A program made the translations under genes and the position numbers. 63,872 nt of DNA, from the NCBI GenBank assembly GCA_053919585.1, contig CM132820.1; one strand, 5' to 3'. The notes under the pieces are model-generated. The model searched no databases, was not told the DNA's origin, and was given only the letters and a program-made list of their open reading frames with translations. Source of the DNA: Euprymna scolopes (taxonomy: Eukaryota). Of the stretch, positions 11,282 through 22,015 are shown one piece after another (the stretch's first letter is position 1; each line of letters opens with the position of its first letter).

Positions 11282-11534
11282 TATATATATATATATAACA
11301 CGTATTTATATACTTAAATGTTATTTGCCAAAAATTCGTTCAATTTGTGGATAAAGTTTTAGTTTGAAGTAAAAATAAGGATTTAATTTTAAAATTCTAC
11401 TAAAATCTATTATGAGAAGCCAAATATTTTAAGTTTTTTTAATTTAATAGGTTAATCCAATATTTTGTACTAGTCCTCAGTGTAAAAATGGTAAAACTTT
11501 AAACAAACATAATTATAAATAACCTACAACTACA

Positions 11535-11585
<51 letters not shown>

Positions 11586-12221
11586 CTACCTAGCTCTACG
11601 AATGTATTGAGCTCTGTTGAAGTAAATACTGAAAATTTACGCATAAAATTATATTTTCTTTCTTCCTTTATTATATTTACTTAAGGTGGATATTGAAAAT
11701 CATATCTATTCATATATTGAAAAGAAAACCAAGTGACAAGGTGCTTGCTGGCTATAATTATGTTTTAATATTATATTTTAGACGATATTTCGGAGCAATA
11801 TCTCTTCATCAAGTTATTGAGGACGAAGTTCGTTTTGATATTTTATATTCTCTATTTACTTGTATCTATTATTTCTGTATATTCTGTGCGTTCAGTGTTG
11901 ATTTTAACGGTGTTTTTTTTCGACTTTTAATCATATCAAACGGATATTTTAAAAGTAGAAATAAAACAATAAAAAAGGAAATTATTTTATTTCAAACGAA
12001 ATATGAAGTAAAATTTCATTTATGCCTTTTAACTAATTATGTTTTAAAACTTTTGAAATTTTAGATTGAAGACGATGTTGTCATTTTTATTTATTCTTGT
12101 GCTATTGCAAACTTTAAATATTTCCATTTTCTTTCAGCAAATTCTTTTCTTCGCCAAATCCTATTTCATTCCAATAAATGCAAACGAAACAAAAGTATTT
12201 GTTTTCCGAGGGACGTACATT

Positions 12222-12272
12222 TCTCTGATGAGTTTTGGTGGTATTCCGCTATTCAACGAAACACGTGTAAGA
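12222..12272 (+). ncRNA. Type I hammerhead ribozyme motif (family G), canonical
   Basis: tct-CTGATGA-GTT..TGGTGG(tatt)CCGCTA..AAC-GAAAC-ACGT-GTA-aga; all core nucleotides present; palindromic stem III ACACGTGT. Confidence 0.8.
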
Positions 12273-12385
12273 CATAATTCTTAAAAATATGAATAAAATA
12301 TTATAAGTAAGAAATAAGTACATATTCGGGTTTTGAAATGATAACTAACAACACAGACAGACAGACAGACAGACAGACACCCCCC

Positions 12386-12431
<46 letters not shown>

Positions 12432-12443
12432 TATGTATATATC

Positions 12444-12830
12444 CTACACTAATAATTCCCGAAAGGATGAAACACTAGTGTCTGTAGTATTTAATAATTA
12501 TTATAGTAAATAATTATGTCAGCCCCTGTAAAAAAACCTGTTTCTTTTTGTTTAGCACTTTCTGTAGAAATTAAGTCAGGCAATTTAACTCATATGTGCA
12601 GATCTTCATATAATGATTGGATCACTTTGACAGACATTTAAAAAACATTTAAAAATAAATGTTTAGATTTCAACAGTATTTCTCGCGGTTAACGGTAGCC
12701 GAATGGATTAGGTCCTTGCTAATGAAGCCTGAGATGGCTTCTGTTGCCGCGTTCGAATCTATCGACCGGTTTTAATCGTGACATCATGCACTGATGATTC
12801 CAGAAAAGATGAAACACTAGTGTCTGTAGG
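12444..12830 (+). mobile_element. Retrozyme-like unit (family H): hammerhead - spacer - tRNA-Ser-like head - hammerhead
   Basis: Hammerheads at 12444-12487 (core decayed to CTAATAA) and 12787-12829 (CTGATGA...GAAAC-ACTAGT-GTC); predicted cleavage sites after 12482 and 12824 are 342 nt apart; A box TAGCCGAATGG 12696-12706, B box GTTCGAATC 12751-12759. Confidence 0.75.
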
Positions 12831-12839
12831 TATTTAATC

Positions 12840-12905
<66 letters not shown>

Positions 12906-12934
12906 TATATATATATTAAGTTATGAAAATATAT

Positions 12935-13227
12935 ATGGCAATTAAGCTACACAGAATATTCCGCGTTTCATCCACGCTAAGATTCGTCAGGCGAAGAGTT
13001 GTGGTTGTTTCACGTTTTTATATATGCGCATTCTATTGAGTTTTTAGTTAGTCAATCAGATTCCTAGTTTACACTGCTCCATTCCTAATCAGTTAATAGG
13101 CAGGCACATACAGGACAAAGGCCCAGTTGACCTTGAGTTAACCCTTCCTTTGTGTTTTGTTTTTTTAGCGGGGACCGTAGATATCTAGTGATTTGACCTG
13201 TTTTAAACCTAGATGTAGTTAAATGTG

Positions 13228-13228
<1 letters not shown>
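12935..13228 (-). mobile_element. Penelope pLTR-like segment with TATA box and family E hammerhead
   Basis: Minus strand TATATAAAAA (~13015-13024) lies ~25 nt upstream of CTGACGA-ATCT(tagcgt)GGAT-GAAA-CGCGGAA(ta)TTCTGTG-TA-GC (12943-12992). Confidence 0.55.
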
Positions 13229-13280
<52 letters not shown>

Positions 13281-13297
13281 GTTATATATATATATAT

Positions 13298-13550
13298 ATG
13301 CACAGATCATCGTATAACGATTAGATCACTGTCTGACAGACGTAAAGAACATTTAAAACTAAAATGTTTAAATTCAACTTTATTTCACGCGATTAATGGT
13401 AGCTGAATGGATACGGTCTTTGCTAATCGAGCTAGCTATGGCTCATATTGCCGAGTCCGGATCTGTAAACTGGTGTTAATCGTGACACCCTGCACTGAGG
13501 ATTCCCGAAAGGATGAAACAATAGTCTGTATTTAATTATTATAGTAAAAA
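13298..13550 (+). mobile_element. Third, 5'-truncated copy of family H (tRNA-like head plus hammerhead 13491-13530)
   Basis: Colinear with 12594-12845; tgca-CTGAGGA-TTCC(cgaa)AGGAT-GAAAC-aata-GTC-tgta; flanked on both sides by (TTA)n tracts. Confidence 0.75.
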
Positions 13551-13580
13551 AATAATTATATATATATAAACGAAATCAGA

Positions 13581-13649
<69 letters not shown>

Positions 13650-13655
<6 letters not shown>

Positions 13656-15131
13656 TCTACTAGTTACATATGTGTCCTTTGTGTTAGTTTTATTTTTTGT
13701 CATGGTGTCCACTTTTTATTGTTTATTTTATTGTTGTTTTCATTGCTTTTATTTAATATTTTGTTATTATGTGCTTTAATTATAATCTCTAAATTTTCGC
13801 AGCAGCTGTATGATAACTTTAGGTTATTTTTATTGAAAATTTTGTGTAAGGACTTGGTTGCGGGGAAGTGCTTTTCGATTAGATCTAGAAATTTCTTGCC
13901 AAGTTTTGGTTTTAACATTTGATTTTATGGCGCCGTATACCAGATTATATTACTTTTTCTTCTATTTTTATTTTATTTTCATTGATGTTTTGTTACTTAT
14001 ATTTGATATCAATATTTTGTATCCACTATTTTGAGAGCTGTTTCGTAGATATTGATTGACCTGTCAAATACATTTTCATCGCTTGAGTTATTGGTGAGTC
14101 TACTTACGATCGAGTTAGGAATCGGTTTTATAATTGATGGTGAGTGATTGGACTTAGGGTTTACGTATATTGGATTAGCGTTATCTTTTAAGTAGGGTTA
14201 ATATGTGTTTTTATCTAAATTTAATGTAACGTCCGGGAAGTTTTTTTTATGTTAGGTAGTACGTCTATTTTTAGGCCTACTTTTTCATTTACTTGTGTAT
14301 GATTTTTATAAAATTATCTCACTTGACTTTGTTGGAGTCTTTTATTATAGCTAGTCCATAATCTCTATATAGGCCGATATCCGTTGTATCAAATATGTTT
14401 GTGTAGGTATATAGAATGAATAACCCCACAAGATCTGATGCCTCTGCAGAATCCAGAGCTCCCATCGCCAAATCAAAAGAATTTGTCATTTTAGTTTTTA
14501 TACATTGGTTATTGTTATTTACTAGAACTGATTTTCTACATTTTTTTAATCCATAGATATATCAGTGTGTGACTCGGCAAACTTCAGGGCAATGTTGAAA
14601 AGTTCTTAGGATATCGAGGGATGTCTATGATGTCGAACTGTATAAACGTACATTTATTTTTGTTTTCTATATTTTTAAACAAAGTGATTGCTTCGGCGGT
14701 ATTTGCCCACTGGTTTAATTGTAGGTCTTGTTTGATTTGTTTGTTTACTCTAGAAAGTATTGCTTTGCTAATTCTACCTATTTATTTGAGTTCTAGGGTT
14801 ATTATTGAAGTCATCTTTTGGCAAAATGTATGCTTCTCTAGGTTTCAATTTGCCAACTTTATCGCTATTTTTTAATTTATCGGTGATTTGTTTACTTTCA
14901 GTATTTATTATATCTATGTAGTCGCATTCGTTTGTATCCAGTTTTTTGTAGTTTTTTTTAAATGTTTCCTTTGATTAGTTTCTTATATTCTTGTTTATCG
15001 ATTTTATAAAAATGTCTAGTTTTATCTGCTTTTACAAAGATTTTATTAGAGTTATGTAATTTCCGTTGGAAATTTTTTATGTTGATTGTGAAATGCTAAA
15101 TTTTTAATTACGTTTAAAAGGTCATTTTCAA
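13650..15131 (-). mobile_element. Penelope-like retroelement RT pseudogene (Naiad-type), frameshifted, endonuclease missing
   Basis: Minus-strand motifs in order: FENDLLNVIKN, IFVKADKTRHFYKIDK, LNQWANT, FIQFDIID, FDLAMGALDSAEASDLVGLFIL, IGLYRDYGL (catalytic YRDD mutated), LGKKFLDLIEKHFP..LHKIFNKNNLKLSYSC, then a frameshifted CNCR before the (AAT)n tract. Confidence 0.88.
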
Positions 15132-15325
15132 CTCTAATAACATCTTTGTAAAAGCAGATAAAACTAGAAATTTTTATAAAATCGATAAACAAGAATATAA
15201 TAAACTAATCAAAAGAAAACATTACAAAACACTACAAAAAATTGGATACAAACGAATGTGACTACATAGATATAATAAATACTGAAAGCAAAAAAATCAC
15301 CGATAAATTAAAAATTAGCGATAGA
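15130..15325 (+). repeat. Inverted duplication of the 5' part of the Penelope-like RT
   Basis: Reverse complement of ~14860-15053 (encodes IFVKADKTRNFYKIDKQEYNKLI on the plus strand). Confidence 0.85.
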
Positions 15326-15702
15326 CCTGAAATTTGCTATATAGGATATTCAAATGGGTAGAAAACTTTTAAATCCGTTTTCATCCAAAAAAGGGCTGTT
15401 AAGGGGTCATCCTTTAATCTCTTATACCACTCAAAAACTTATACTCGGTTCATGCAAGATGGTCTAAAAAGCAGTCTGGAGCATTTCATTCGTTAAATCC
15501 GGAAGTAGAGCCTTACCTGGGATCGTTAAGAGTTCCGGTATATATGGACGGTGGTTGAGTCCATTCCCCCACAACAACCATTCCTAAGCTGATTTCTCCA
15601 GGTGTGAAATCAGTATTTTTTCTTTTAAGGGCAAACCAGCAAGGAGTTTGTGCACTTTCTCTTTCTGCCTGAGCGTCTTGGTTCTGGCATGACTTGTGGA
15701 GG

Positions 15703-15730
15703 TTAGGGTTAGGGTTAGGGTTAGGGTTAG
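15703..15730 (+). repeat. Interstitial telomeric-type tract (TTAGGG)4TTAG
   Basis: Direct reading. Confidence 0.9.
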
Positions 15731-17289
15731 TTTTCTATGTCAAAAACATCATATACTGTCTTAATCACCTCTACGCCTTCCTGTGGTGGTTCTGCTTGAT
15801 CCTCAGGGGGTGCGTTTCATTATTTGGTTCAGGTGTTTTTATGTTCAAATTTTGGCCCTGAATAATGTATATGACATTTCCGATTCTTCGTGAGATCGTG
15901 CCCAGTTCCTAAAAGGAAACGTTGTTCTTGAAATGCTTAAAATAAACTTTATAGTCGATTTCAACTGGGGGTGTGGCATCTGGTATTTAAGATGCATGAG
16001 CGAATGCTATACTGGCTAGCGTCGCTAACCACTATTATATCCAAATCCGGGTTAAAATGAGTTAGGAACAGTTTTGAGGTAAGGATCTTTTTATTTCTTG
16101 AAATGATGCCTGGCAATTTGATGTCCATTCCCAAGGTTTATCTTTCTTTAGTAATTGGTTAAAGGTTGCACACAGTTAGAGCATGTTGGGGATAAACCCT
16201 TGATAATAATTTACCAAGCCTAAAAAGCTTTGTAGTTGTGCTTTGTTTTTCAGTGCTAACTTCTTTTTAATAGCGGTCGCTATGTCCGGATCTGGGCGTC
16301 TGCCATCTTTATCAATGATATGTCCTAGGTATTTGATTTTTTGTAAAAAAAATTCACACTTGTCTTCTTTGACCATAAAACCATACTTTTGTATTCGCCT
16401 GATTACTTGTTTGCTATGGTTTGCGCATTCCTACTTGCTTTTTCTCCGCTATAATAATGTAAATATGCGATGGCGTTGTCAAGGTCGCCCAGCATGGTAT
16501 CCATGACTTGCTGTAATATAGCAGGTGCTACTTTGACTCCGAACGCGAGCCCTTTGTATCTGTACAAACCCCGATAGTCTATTTTTTATCTCCTCCACCA
16601 GGAAAAAAAGAAATGCAGTTTACTCTTTTCTTTATTCCATTTTTCAAACACCAAGCGGGAAATAATGATTATTTTCACACTATTTGAAATAATTGGGAAA
16701 AATACGTTTCAAAATAAAATGTTCACTTAACAATTTTAAGACGTTTGAGTTTTCTTTTTTTAGACAAAACGGAAACAGGACTATTCAAAAAAAAAAAAAA
16801 AAAAAAAGATAAAAACTAAAAAAAAAAATAAAATAAATATTAACCTCGTGTTTACCTTTAATTATGCTGTTTAACTGACACAAACATAAATGGTCTCATG
16901 AGCGCAAAATTGTTTTGATTTTTTCCTTTAGCATAAAAAAGTAAAAAAAAAGAAATGTATATTTTTCCAAGGGGGAAAACAATAGAGTACAATTTTTTTC
17001 TTTTTAGTCATGCAGCGAGAACAACAGCGACGAATTTTTTTAACACTCAACACAGTAAGATGATTAAGAATTTAATCTTATTTTTGTCCTTTTAGAGCCT
17101 TTGAAATGTACTTTTCCGGTATGATGGACAGACAATTTTTTCTTGTAAAAAGATTTTATTTACAGTTTTTCGTCTCGTGCTTGTCTTGTTCTGAATTCTT
17201 TTTTTTTAATTCGGGAATTGGGTTTTACGCGGTTAATTTTTTTAAGTCAATAATATTGTTATTCTTTCCCAAATGAAAAATATTCTTCC

Positions 17290-17452
17290 TCGAATTCTCG
17301 TATTGTCAGTGTTATGGGTACACTGGTTTATTAAATTCCTTTTTCTTTCGCGAGTTTTCGAATCCTCTGTTGCCAATGTTATGGGAACATTGATTTATTG
17401 AATTCCTTTTCCTTTTGTGAGTTTTCGAATCCTTTTGTCGCCAGTGTTATGG
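17290..17452 (-). repeat. Tandem ~68-bp units, each containing the LTR end plus a primer-binding site
   Basis: Minus strand: CCATAACA-c-TGGCGACAAAAGGATTCGAA, CCATAACA-t-TGGCAACAGAGGATTCGAA, CCATAACA-c-TGACAATACGAGAATTCGAG. Confidence 0.75.
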
Positions 17453-19642
17453 CACTGAATTAACCACAATAAAAACAGTACGGTGTAAGACAAGACGTGT
17501 ATCAATAAAATACAAAAAAGTGTTACAGAATGGAAAGAGTGTTTGCGTTCCACCGAGCATGCGAAGTTAAATCCGGAACTAAACCCCTACCTGCCATCGT
17601 TAAGAGTTACGGTATATATATACGGGCGGTGGTTGAGTCCATTCAGAGGGTGGTTCTCCACTAACAAAATTTTAATTTTCTACGTTAATTCCTATATATT
17701 TACAAAAGTCTGTTAAATTGTCGATATGTTTGTGACTTACATTGGCCCAACCCCCGCTTTTGGTAAGTAGTTCCCACTGTTGAGGCAGCGAAAAGTTAAA
17801 TGAATGGATTTTCTAAAAATTTAAATTGTCCTGTTAACCCCACATTAAAAGCTCCCCTGAAAATATGTGAGGGGAGCATATTGTCAAATTTTCATATAAG
17901 GAAAGAACAGTAGCTGACTTATATTACGTAGATATTAATATGTCACTTTTTCTGTTTGATCTGTTGTGATTATCTTTTATGTACGTGATAGTGCAGCTTG
18001 TTTCATAAAAATGAGATAAGCACTATCCCTGTGACAGGACCACAGGTAAAGTAAGCCTGGGTACCGTGTTGCCACATACACCTAAATATGAATTAGGATA
18101 CATAACAATGGAACAAGCCATGGGAGGGACTCAGAAGAAAGATCTGAGTCATGATGGGCAGGAGCTCTCTCGTTGGCCAACATTGGGGAACCGGTCGTAA
18201 TCCTGCAGATGTTGGCTTCTCTTTTAATTTCAGGAATATGACCACAGACAAAAACAGGTAAGTAATCTTGATTGCATGCACATGCCGAGTGCAGCCGAAA
18301 CACAAGAAAGCCGTAATGAACAGAACAGCAAGTTGAAAAGACATATAAAGAATTTGGACTAAAGAATGGAAAACGGATAGTCATGGAATGTTACTATAGG
18401 AGCAAGCCGAAAAATAGAGGCTTCCGAAAAGGAATGAAAGAAATATGGGACATGTTTACTGACTGCTCGACAACTGAATAAGAAAGTGTAAATCAAGCCA
18501 GACAGATCCCTAAAAGAGGCTGGCTCTCCAAGCTGGAACTACTGAAAATTCAACAAAAAGTAGATGGTGTAGTAGATCAAATATACCACGAGCGAAAAAA
18601 AAAAGTAGAAGACCGCTAAAACATTAACATCGAGGCTTAGCATCTTGAAGAAAACGAAATCACAGAACTAACGGAAGAAGATGCAAAAGAAGTAGAAAAC
18701 ATCAAATGGCTTATGCACGAGAATAAAACAAAACTACCATCTCTACGGAACGAAGCGAGGAACAGATTAAAATTAGAAACGGAAAATGTAAATAGACTCC
18801 TTCCATTTATCTCAACAAAAACAATCACAAACATCAACAATTAAAAATATGTGGGGGCAAAATCAGTAAACACGAAGCTAAAACCCGAAACAAAAAAACT
18901 GACCAAAGCAAAGAATCTACCAAACCTAGATGAGAAATGAGACTTAAAATCCACATCAAACTTAGAAAAGAAGCTAAAACCATAAATTAAATGAATAACA
19001 GAAAAAAAGGAAATAAAACTCAATATGAAACATGAATAGTTAAAACAAAGAATATAAGCAAAAAAAAAAAAATAATAATAAATAAATAAATAAATAAAAA
19101 GGAAAAGTGAGAAAATACAAATACAAACAAAGCAGGTGCTTTTTAAATCAATGAAAGGTAGTTTTACCAAAACATGAACGAAGGAATAACAAGAATAGAG
19201 CACCCAGATTCAACAGAAACCAGGCACTTCTGGAACCAAATATGGGGACAGCCACAAGACTACAACTAAATCCCTAAATAGCTGAAAGTCATGAGAAATG
19301 AACTCCAGGAAATTGAATATTGGTTCAAAAAATTCACGACACTCCATGATAGACTGGTGAAAAATCTGAAAAGATTTATTTATAACATAGAAGTACCAGA
19401 ATGAATGATTAAAGGAAGAACTACGTTAATAGAAAAAGACACAAAAAAAGAAAAAAAAAAGAAAAAAGAAGAAAATAGAGGGACGACCTAAAGCAATTAC
19501 AGACCGATACTTACCGACAATGTGGAAAAATGTAACTGCACAACCGAGTGAACACATCTACTACTCCATAACTCTCGCGCGCTACTGCTTAAGGAACAAA
19601 AAGGATGGCGTAAAGGAAAAAAGAGGGACCCAGGACTTAATA

Positions 19643-20553
19643 CGGGGGTGTCTAAAAATGTACTCACACTTTAACCCTTGCTAACATGCTGTCTTTTTTG
19701 TGTTGCAGGTGTGAGGTGTCAACCACAGCATGGTAGGAAATCAACTTAGCTTGGAAGAGAGGAAGGTTGTCTTGAAATGTTATTGGAAGACAGAAAACGC
19801 TATTGAAGTGCAAAGACGATTCAGAAGGGAATTCGCAAGACCACCACCAACGCGCCGGACCATTGCTCGCATCAAAAGAAATTTGAAGCAGATGGAACCA
19901 TCCAGAACGTCAACAAGAAACGTTCTGGACGACCTCGGACATCCACGAGCCCTGGAAAAGAAGAGAAGGTGCAGGAAACACTCTTTCGATCACCACAGAA
20001 ATCATTTCGACAAATTACTCGGGAAACCCACATCTCAAAAGATAGCATCCATCGCATCATGAAGCGTCTGCGCTGGAAATGCTACATTCCAACACTAATT
20101 AATGCTCTCAACGAAGACAATCCTGACCGGAGAGTCGAATTCTGTGAATGGTACCTGTCAAAATGTGCAGAAGATGCAGGGTTTCCACACAAAATTGTGT
20201 GGAGCGATGAAGCAACGTTTAAATTAAATGGCACCATTAATTGCCATAATTGCACGTACTGGAGTCCTATAAATCCTCATCTAACACTTGAACACCATGT
20301 AAACTTGCCAGGAGTAACAGTGTGGTGTGGGATATCCGCACTGGGCATCATAGGGTCATTTTTTATTAACGGAACTGTCACTAGTGAGAGATACCTTAAC
20401 TTGCTTCAGGAGTTTGTTGATCCACAAATTTCGGACATGATTCTTTAATCACATTTATCTTCTGTATTCGAAGCTATTCCATTTCACTGTATGTTCATAA
20501 ATAAAGGATTTCTCGTCATTCGAAGTGTGAGTACATTTTTTTGAGACACCCTG
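19643..20553 (+). mobile_element. Tc1/mariner-superfamily DNA transposon (rosa/DD41D-like), 911 bp, deletion derivative
   Basis: ~30-bp TIRs (CGGGGGTGTCTAAAAATGTACTCACACTT / AAGTGTGAGTACATTTTTTTGAGACACCCTG) with TA on both sides. Confidence 0.92.
19730..20448 (+). pseudogene. Transposase pseudogene (one frameshift near 19875, C-terminal DDE/D half deleted)
   Basis: HTH region [24 protein letters not shown], first catalytic Asp motif [33 protein letters not shown]; stops before the second Asp motif. Confidence 0.88.
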
Positions 20554-20849
20554 TATATACATATACATAGATCATAGACCTTCACTCGATGAGTGCAAAG
20601 AGGACTTGGGACCTTGGGATAGCTTATTGCCACTCAAATTCCAGTGAGGACCAATTGCTGCTACCCACGACAAATCAATGGTAAACGATTGTTGCGATAA
20701 CGCAAATTAATTTACCGAAAGTGTACCGAAACAGATTGAGAGTACTAGAAATCTCGGAAGACTTGTTTTCACTCAGGCTTCAGAGAACACCACACTTTCT
20801 TCTCAAAGAGAATTTTCTGATGATAGCCTCTGTGAATACTCTTAGTGGG

Positions 20850-20896
<47 letters not shown>

Positions 20897-21470
20897 CACG
20901 TGTTTTTCATTAACCGTAATAATCCTAATTCGGTGTGGCAAAACAAAATCGCGCGCGCGCGTGTGTGCGCGCGTGTGCGTGTGTGTAAACAGTCTGGGCG
21001 TAACAGGGTCTGAAATCAATTAGGAACCTTCAGAGTCAATTATGCCGAAATGAATATTCATCAGCGAAAATTATCCTCAAAACAAAATGAAATGTACTGC
21101 TGGGTTTTATTTCATTTATTCATTCATATTTTTTACAAGGGAGTCACCACTTATTAAGACCCAATGGCCATTCGAGGATAAGGGTTAATGAGTGTCAGAT
21201 GGTCGATAAGACAACGTTATAATGATCAACAGTAATGGAAATTCAGTAAAATTTGATTATTTAAGAGGATGGCTAAACAAGACCCTGTTGGATCACGTTA
21301 TAATCAGCTAGTAAACAGCAGCTCCGCGGTATAGAGTCTGGTAAAGGAAGGAAACCTTGTTTATGGAACTTGCGCTTAATTTTAGACACATATAGAGAGT
21401 ATGGGAACTTGTTGACTGTGGTTGTAGTTAGACGAGGGTTTGTTGCTAATGTTTGGCTTGGAATAATATG

Positions 21471-21524
<54 letters not shown>

Positions 21525-21973
21525 ATATGAATGGGAACAAATACATTGAGGATATTGCGATGGCTGCTGCAAAGAAGGTTCCTGGAAAGTGAGAAAACTT
21601 AAAGAAACAGCTCACATGCTCCGACATAACAACCTACTGAGCAAACCAAGCGTAGAGCTGAATGCAATTTGGACACGTCTAATGGAGAGAGAAAACCTTG
21701 AATAACAACATAGGTTTAACATTAACAAAAACCAACTAAGAATTATCCTAGTGACATATGGCCGAGTATTCCTAGACGTTGTATCAAAGTTTACAGTTAC
21801 CCAAAGGTGCTGAGTTCAATCCTGAACGAAGGCAGTGAAAAGTAACATTCAAAACAGAGAATCAGCAACTATGTCCCAGAGCCTAGCTGGAGTCCGAACA
21901 CGGTACCCCCGTAATAATAATAAAGGGTTGGGTTCGAGACTCCTAACAAACAGTTCCCCAGTTCGATACAAAA

Positions 21974-22015
21974 CACCTGATGAAGGCTGGAGGGCAAAAC
22001 GGCCGAAACGTTGTG
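21974..22015 (+). ncRNA. Minimal type I hammerhead motif (family I)
   Basis: cac-CTGATGA-a-GGCTG(gagggcaaaa)CGGCC-GAAAC-GTT-gtg; stem III is the loopless palindrome AACGTT, as in dimeric Penelope-type hammerheads. Confidence 0.7.

Larger units (their letters stand above)
15491..17666 (-). mobile_element. Internally deleted Gypsy/Ty3 LTR retrotransposon (Mag-like)
   Basis: 5' LTR 17445-17666 with TGTTA...TAACA ends, followed by PBS TGGCGAC. Partial diverged 3' LTR 15491-15576. RT remnants 16176-16580 (GLYRYKGLAFGVKVAPAILQQVMDTML; KCEFFLQKIKYLGHII; LQSFLGLVNYY). Pol C-terminus ~15600-15960 (PEPRRSGRKRK). Confidence 0.88.
18030..20895 (+). mobile_element. Decayed RLE-type non-LTR retrotransposon (R4/Dong-like), internally deleted and interrupted by a mariner-type element
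   Basis: Motifs WTKE..IVMECYYRSKPKNRGFRKGMKEIW, NQARQI.KRGWLSKLEL, PDSTETRHFWNQIWG, YWFKKFTTLHDRL, KGRTTLIEKD, NYRPI, EQKG..KG.RGTQDLI|YID; 3' region ends in (TAA)n at 20852-20895. Confidence 0.8.

Noticed and set aside
11450-11482. Minus-strand CTGAGGA...AAAATATTG
   Set aside because: Stem II and G12 missing.
12686-12770. Functional tRNA-Ser gene
   Set aside because: Anticodon stem and T stem are disrupted; it is part of a repeat unit.
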